NCBI RefSeq assembly: GCF_009914755.1
Contig: NC_060946.1
Origin: the human T2T-CHM13v2.0 reference genome, Homo sapiens
DNA: 64,000 bases
Direction: 5' to 3' (one strand)
Of the stretch, positions 57,601-64,000 are shown piece by piece (the stretch's first letter is position 1; each line of letters starts with the position of its first letter). The notes below the pieces were generated by a model. The model did no database searches, was not told the origin of the DNA, and was given only the letters and a program-made list of their open reading frames with translations. The translations under genes and the position numbers were made by a program.

Positions 57601-60600
57601 ACAGAGGTTATTGTGAAATATCTCTGCACTGATAAACTAGGTGGTGTAACCCTTGTCCAAGCTCTGCCTACAGGGGCGTTTCCACATATCCCTGAACTGA
57701 TGACAAAGGTGATGTAACTCTTGCCTAGGCTTTGCCTACAGGGAACATTGGACATATATCTGCACTGATCACCCAGGTGATGCAACTCCTGCCTAGGCTT
57801 TGCCTACAGGGGACATTGTGACATATCTCTTCAATGATCACTCATGTGATGCATCTCTTGCCTAGGCTTTGCCTACAGGGGACATTGTGACATATCTCTG
57901 CACTGATCTCCCAGGTGCTGTAACTTTAGTCTAGGCTCTGACTACACGGCATTGTGACATATCACTGCACTGATCAACCAGGTGATATAACTCTTGTATA
58001 GGCTCTGCCTACAGGGGGATTGTGACCTACCTCTGCACTGATCACCCAGGTGATATAACTCTTCTCTAGGATCTGCCTACAGGGTACTTTGTGACATATC
58101 CCTGCACTGATCACCCAGGTGATCTATCTCTGGTCTAAGCTCGGCCTAAAGGGGCATTGTGACAGATCTCTGCACTGATCACTCAGGTGATGTAAGTATT
58201 GTCTAGGCTCGGCTTCAAGGGGCCTTGTCACATATCTCTGCACTGATCACCCAGGTGATGTAACTCTTGTCTAGGCTCTGCTTCCAGGGCATATTGTGAC
58301 ATATCTATGCACTGATCACCTTAGTGATGTAACACTTTGGTAGGCTCGGCCTACAGGGGAATCTTGACACATCTCTGCACTGTTAACCGAGGTGATTTAA
58401 CTCTTGTCTAGGCTGTGCCCACAGGGGGATTGAGACATATCTCTGCACTGATCCCGAGGTGATACAACTCTTGCCTGGTCTCTGCCTACTGTGGACATTG
58501 TGACATATCTCTGCACTGATATACCAGGTGCTGTAACTTTAGTCTAGGCTCTGGCTACACGGCATTGTGACATATCACTGCACTGATCACCCAGGCGATA
58601 TAACTCTTCTCTAGGATCTGACCACAGGGTGCTTTGTGACATTTCCCTGCAATGATCACCCAGGTGATATACCACTTGCCAAGGCTCTGCCTACAGGGGC
58701 ATTGCAATGTATCTCTGCACTGATCACCTAGGTCTTGTAGCTATTTTCTAGGATCTGCCTACAGGGTGCTTTGTGACGTGTCCCAGCAAGGATTACCCAG
58801 GTGATGTACCTCTCATCAAGGCTCTGCCTACAGGCACATTGTGATGTATCTCTGCACTGATCACCTAGGTCATGTAACCTTTTTCTAGGCTCTACCTACG
58901 ATGGCATTGTGACATATCTCTGCACTAATCATCCAAGTGATGTAACACTTGTCTAGGATGTGCCTAAATTAACTTTTTGACATAACCCTGTACTGATCAT
59001 CCAGGTGATGGAGCTTTTGTCTAGGCTCTGCCTAAGGGGGCATTGTGACATATTTCTGCATTGATCACCCAGGTGGCGAACTCTTCTCTCGGATCTGCCT
59101 CTGGGGGCATTGTGAGAAATCTCTGCACTGATAACCCAGGTGATGTAACTGTTGTGTAACCTCTGCCTACAGGAGAATTGTGAGAGATCTCGTCACTGAT
59201 TACCCAAGTGATGTAACCGTTGTCTAGGCTTTGCATACAGGGGGCTTTGTGACATACCTTTGCACTGATCACCCAGGTGATGTAACACATCTAAGTTCGG
59301 CCTAAAGGAGCTTTGTGACATATCTCTGCACTGATCACTTAGGTGATGTAACACTTTTATAATCACTGCCTACAGGGAATTTTGACAAATCTCTGCACTG
59401 ATCACCTAGGTGATGTAACTCTTGTCTACCCCCTGTCCAACGGGGCATTGTGAAATATCTCTGCACTGATCTCCCAGGTGATTCAACTCTTGACTAGGAA
59501 CTGCCTACAGAGGTTATTGTGAAATATCTCTGCACTGATAAACTAGGTGGTGTAACCCTTGTCCAAGCTCTGCCTACAGGGGCGTTTCCACATATCCCTG
59601 AACTGATGACAAAGGTGATGTAACTCTTGCCTAGGCTTTGCCTACAGGGAACATTGGACGTATATCTGCACTGATCACCCAGGTGATGCAACTCCTGCCT
59701 AGGCTTTGCCTACAGGGGACATTGTGACATATCTCTTCAATGATCACTCATGTGATGCATCTCTTGCCTAGGCTTTGCCTACAGGGGACATTGTGACATA
59801 TCTCTGCACTGATCTCCCAGGTGCTGTAACTTTAGTCTAGGCTCTGACTACACGGCATTGTGACATATCACTGCACTGATCAACCAGGTGATATAACTCT
59901 TGTATAGGCTCTGCCTACAGGGGGATTGTGACCTACCTCTGCACTGATCACCCAGGTGATATAACTCTTCTCTAGGATCTGCCTACAGGGTACTTTGTGA
60001 CATATCCCTGCACTGATCACCCAGGTGATCTATCTCTGGTCTAAGCTCTGCCTAAAGGGGCATTGTGACAGATCTCTGCACTGATCACTCAGGTGATGTA
60101 AGTATTGTCTAGGCTCGGCTTCAAGGGGCCTTGCCACATATCGCTGCACTGATCACCCAGGTGATGTAACTCTTGTCTAGGCTCTGCTTCCAGGGCATAT
60201 TGTGACATATCTATGCACTGATCACCTTAGTGATGTAACACTTTGGTAGGCTCGGCCTACAGGGGAATCTTGACATATCTCTGCACTGTTAACCGAGGTG
60301 ATTTAACTCTTGTCTAGGCTGTGCCCACAGGGGGATTGAGACATATCTCTGCACTGATCCCGAGGTGATACAACTCTTGCCTGGTCTCTGCCTACTGTGG
60401 ACATTGTGACATATCTCTGCACTGATCTCCCAGGTGCTGTAACTTTAGTCTAGGCTCTGGCTACACGGCATTGTGACATATCACTGCACTGATCACCCAG
60501 GCGATATAACTCTTCTCTAGGATATGACCACAGGGTGCTTTGTGACATATCCCTGCAATGATCACCCAGGTGATATACCACTTGCCAAGGCTCTGCCTAC

Positions 60601-63305
60601 AGGGGCATTGCAATGTATCTCTGCACTGATCACCTAGGTCTTGTAGCTATTTTCTAGGATCTGCCTACAGGGTGCTTTGTGACGTGTCCCAGCAAGGATT
60701 ACCCAGGTGATGTACCTCTCATCAAGGCTCTGCCTACAGGCACATTGTGATGTATCTCTGCACTGATCACCTTGGTCATGTAACCTTTTTCTAGGCTCTA
60801 CCTACGATGGCATTGTGACATATCTCTGCACTAATCATCCAAGTGATGTAACACTTGTCTAGGATGTGCCTAAATTAACTTTTTGACATAACCCTGTACT
60901 GATCATCCAGGTGATGGAGCTTTTGTCTAGGCTCTGCCTAAGGGGGCATTGTGACATATTTCTGCATTGATCACCCAGGTGGCGAACTCTTCTCTCGGAT
61001 CTGCCTATGGGGGCATTGTGAGAAATCTCTGCACTGATAACCCAGGTGATGTAACTGTTGTGTAACCTCTGCCAGCAGGAGAATTGTGAGAGATCTCGTC
61101 ACTGATTACCCAAGTGATGTAACCGTTGTCTAGGCTTTGCGTACAGGGGGCTTTGTGACATACCTTTGCACTGATCACCCAGGTGATGTAACACATCTAA
61201 GTTCGGCCTAAAGGAGCTTTGTGACATATCTCTGCACTGATCACTTAGGTGATGTAACACTTTTATAATCACTGCCTACAGGGAATTTTGACAAATCTCT
61301 GCACTGATCACCTAGGTGATGTAACTCTTGTCTACCCCCTGTCCAACGGGGCATTGTGAAATATCTCTGCACTGATCACCCAGGTGATTCAACTCTTGAC
61401 TAGGAACTGCCTACAGAGGTTATTGTGAAATATCTCTGCACTGATAAACTAGGTGGTGTAACCCTTGTCCAAGCTCTGCCTACAGGGGCGTTTCCACATA
61501 TCCCTGAACTGATGACAAAGGTGATGTAACTCTTGCCTAGGCTTTGCCTACAGGGAACATTGGACATATATCTGCACTGATCACCCAGGTGATGCAACTC
61601 CTGCCTAGGCTTTGCCTACAGGGGACATTGTGACATATCTCTTCAATGATCACTCATGTGATGCATCTCTTGCCTAGGCTTTGCCTACAGGGGACATTGT
61701 GACATATCTCTGCACTGATCTCCCAGGTGCTGTAACTTTAGTCTAGGCTCTGGCTACACGGCATTGTGACATATCACTGCACTGATCAACCAGGTGATAT
61801 AACTCTTGTATAGGCTCTGCCTACAGGGGGATTGTGACCTACCTCTGCACTGATCACCCAGGTGATATAACTCTTCTCTAGGATCTGCCTACAGGGTACT
61901 TTGTGACATATCCCTGCACTGATCACCCAGGTGATCTATCTCTGGTCTAAGGTTGGCCTAAAGGGGCATTGTGACAGATCTCTGCACTGATCACTCAGGT
62001 GATGTAAGTATTGTCTAGGCTCGGCTTCAAGGGGCCTTGTCACATATCTCTGCACTGATCACCCAGGTGATGTAACTCTTGTCTAGGCTCTGCTTCCAGG
62101 GCATATTGTGACATATCTATGCACTGATCACCTTAGTGATGTAACACTTTGGTAGGCTCGGCCTACAGGGGAATCTTGACATATCTCTGCACTGTTAACC
62201 GAGGTGATTTAACTCTTGTCTAGGCTGTGCCCACAGGGGGATTGAGACATATCTCTGCACTGATCCCGAGGTGATACAACTCTTGCCTGGTCTCTGCCTA
62301 CTGTGGACATTGGGACATATCTCTGCACTGATCTCCCAGGTGCTGTAACTTTAGTCTAGGCTCTGGCTACACGGCATTGTGACATATCACTGCACTGATC
62401 ACCCAGGCGATATAACTCTGCTCTAGGATCTGACCACAGGGTGCTTTGTGACATATCCCTGCAATGATCACCCAGGTGATATACCACTTGCCAAGGCTCT
62501 GCCTACAGGGGCATTGCAATGTATCTCTGCACTGATCACCTAGGTCTTGTAGCTATTTTCTAGGATCTGCCTACAGGGTGCTTTGTGACGTGTCCCAGCA
62601 ACGATTACCCAGGTGATGTACCTCTCATCAAGGCTCTGCCTACAGGCACATTGTGATGTATCTCTGCACTGATCACCTAGGTCATGTAACTTTTTTCTAG
62701 GCTCTACCTAAGATGGCATTGTGACATATCTCTGCACTAATCATCCAAGTGATGTAACTCTTGTCTAGGATGTGTCTAAATTAACTTTTTGACATAACCC
62801 TGTACTGATCATCCAGGTGATGGAGCTTTTGTCTAGGCTCTGCCTAAGGGGGCATTGTGACATATTTCTGCATTGATCACCCAGGAGGCGAACTCTTCTC
62901 TCGGATCTGCCTATGGGGGCATTGTGAGAAATCTCTGCACTGATCACCCAGGTGATGTAACTGTTGTGTAACCTCTGCCTACAGGGGAATTGTGAGAGAT
63001 CTCGTCAATGATTACCCAAGTGATGTATCCGTTGTCTAGGCTTTGCATACAGGGGGCTTTGTGACATACCTTTGCACTGATCACCCAGGTGATGTAACAC
63101 ATCTAAGTTCGGCCTAAAGGAGCTTTGTGACATATCTCTGCACTGATCACTTAGGTGATGTAACACTTTTATAATCACTGCCTACAGGGAATTTTGACAA
63201 ATCTCTGCACTGATCACGTAGGTGATGTAACTCTTGTCTACCCTCTGTCCAACGGGGCATTGTGAAATATCTCTGCACTGATCACCCAGGTGATTCAATT
63301 CTTGA
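36621..63305 (+). repeat. HOR domain made only of the 28-monomer unit (1906 bp; 14 consecutive copies)
   Basis: Landmarks 36621, 38527, 40433, 42339, 44245, 46152, 48058, 49964, 51870, 53776, 55682, 57588, 59494, 61400, 63306. Spacing is 1906 except one 1907, from a 1-bp insertion near 44730. Every unit carries the ...GATCAACCAG(G/A)TGATATAACTCTTGTATAGG... monomer. Confidence 0.93.
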
Positions 63306-64000
63306 CTAGGAACTGCCTACAGAGGTTATTGTGAAATATCTCTGCACTGATAAACTAGGTGGTGTAACCCTTGTCCAAGCTCTGCCTACAGGGGCGTTTC
63401 CACATATCCATGAACTGATGACAAAGGTGATGTAACTCTTGCCTAGGCTTTGCCTACAGGGAACATTGGACATATATCTGCACTGATCACCCAGGTGATG
63501 CAACTGTTGCCTAGGCTTTGCCTCCAGTGGACATTGTGACATATCTCTGCACTGATCTCCCAGTTGCTGTAACTTTAGTCTGGGCTCTGGCTACACGGCA
63601 TTGTGACATATCACTGCACTGATCAACCAGGTGATATAACTCTTCTCTAGGATCTTCCTACAGGGTACTTTGTGACATATCCCTGCACTGATCACCCAGG
63701 TGATCTATCTCTGGTCTAAGCTCTGCCTAAAGGGGCATTGTGACAGATCTCTGCACTGATCACTCAGGTGATGTAAGTATTGTCTAGGCTCTGCTTCAAG
63801 GGGCCTTGTCACATATCTCTGCACTGATCACCCAGGTGATGTAACTCTTGTCTAGGCTCTGCTTCCAGGGCATATTGTGACATATCTATGCACCGATCAC
63901 CTTAGTGATGTAACACTTTGGTAGGCTCGGCCTACAGGGGAATCTTGACATATCTCTGCACTGTTAACCGAGGTGATTTAACTCTTGTCTAGGCTGTGCC
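63306..64000 (+). repeat. Partial HOR unit lacking two separate monomers relative to the 28-mer (putative 26-mer)
   Basis: The CTTCAATGATCACTCATGTGATGCATC monomer is missing near 63545. The GTATAGG...GGGGGATTGTGACCTACC monomer is missing near 63644. The unit is cut off by the window end. Confidence 0.85.

Larger units (their letters stand above)
1..64000 (+). repeat. Beta satellite (68-bp Sau3A satellite, BSR/Beta) tandem array
   Basis: Continuous ~68-bp periodicity with GATC (Sau3A) in most monomers. The motifs GATCACCCAGGTGATGTAACTCTTGTCTAGGCTCTGCCTACAGGGG and CATTGTGACATATCTCTGCACT match the human beta-satellite consensus as I recall it. No unique sequence or strand switch is visible. Confidence 0.95.

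Noticed and set aside
3415-62947. Recurrent 60-137-aa minus-strand ORFs (MISAEISHN..., MCYITWVIS..., MI(I/T)KVLHHL...)
   Set aside because: Lengths change through single stop-codon substitutions. The peptides are frame-shifted translations of the same 68-bp monomer, with no sign of coding constraint.
212-63542. Recurrent 65-aa minus-strand ORF (MHHLGDQCRYMSNVPCRQ...), Cys/His-rich and superficially like a zinc finger or tandem gene family
   Set aside because: It is three satellite monomers read in one frame. It recurs only because the HOR does, varies freely at amino-acid level and is broken in the 33491 unit. It lacks C2H2 spacing and any gene context.
1-64000. CRISPR-like appearance (palindromic conserved core plus variable segment, ~68-bp period)
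   Set aside because: The variable segments are homologous to each other and recur every 27/28 monomers rather than being unique spacers. There are no cas genes or leader, and the sequence matches beta satellite.
1-64000. Alpha satellite, CENP-B boxes, D4Z4/DUX4-like or LSau inserts, Alu/L1 insertions, inversions
   Set aside because: The period is 68 bp, not 171 bp. There is no GC-rich block, poly(A) tail or strand switch, and all landmark spacings are explained by whole monomers plus or minus 1 bp.
1-64000. tRNA-like or structured ncRNA gene array suggested by the ~68-nt unit with hairpins
   Set aside because: There is no cloverleaf, no recognisable Pol III A/B boxes and only 5-7-bp stems. 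Transcription cannot be inferred from sequence alone.

Overview
The whole window is one uninterrupted, head-to-tail array of primate, most likely human, beta satellite (68-bp Sau3A family), about 940 monomers in a single orientation. A monomer reads approximately GATCACCCAGGTGATGTAACTCTTGTCTAGGCTCTGCCTACAGGGGCATTGTGACATATCTCTGCACT. The monomers form a higher-order repeat (HOR). A once-per-unit landmark (GATTCAACTCTTGACTAGGAACTG) recurs 35 times, giving 34 complete periods. The first 20 periods (212-36620) comprise 16 27-mers (1837-1838 bp), three 28-mers (1906 bp) and one 19-mer (1293 bp). The last 14 periods are all 28-mers (1906-1907 bp). A final partial unit lacks two monomers. All listed ORFs are chance open frames copied along with the HOR. 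I found no support for a gene, RNA gene, transposon, CRISPR array or new coding system. The interesting content is structural: whole-monomer deletions at internal homology, layered sequence haplotypes, 1-, 5-, 6- and 7-unit duplications, an A/B alternation of 28-mers, and two dyad symmetries per monomer. Variant comparisons were done by eye, so block boundaries are approximate.
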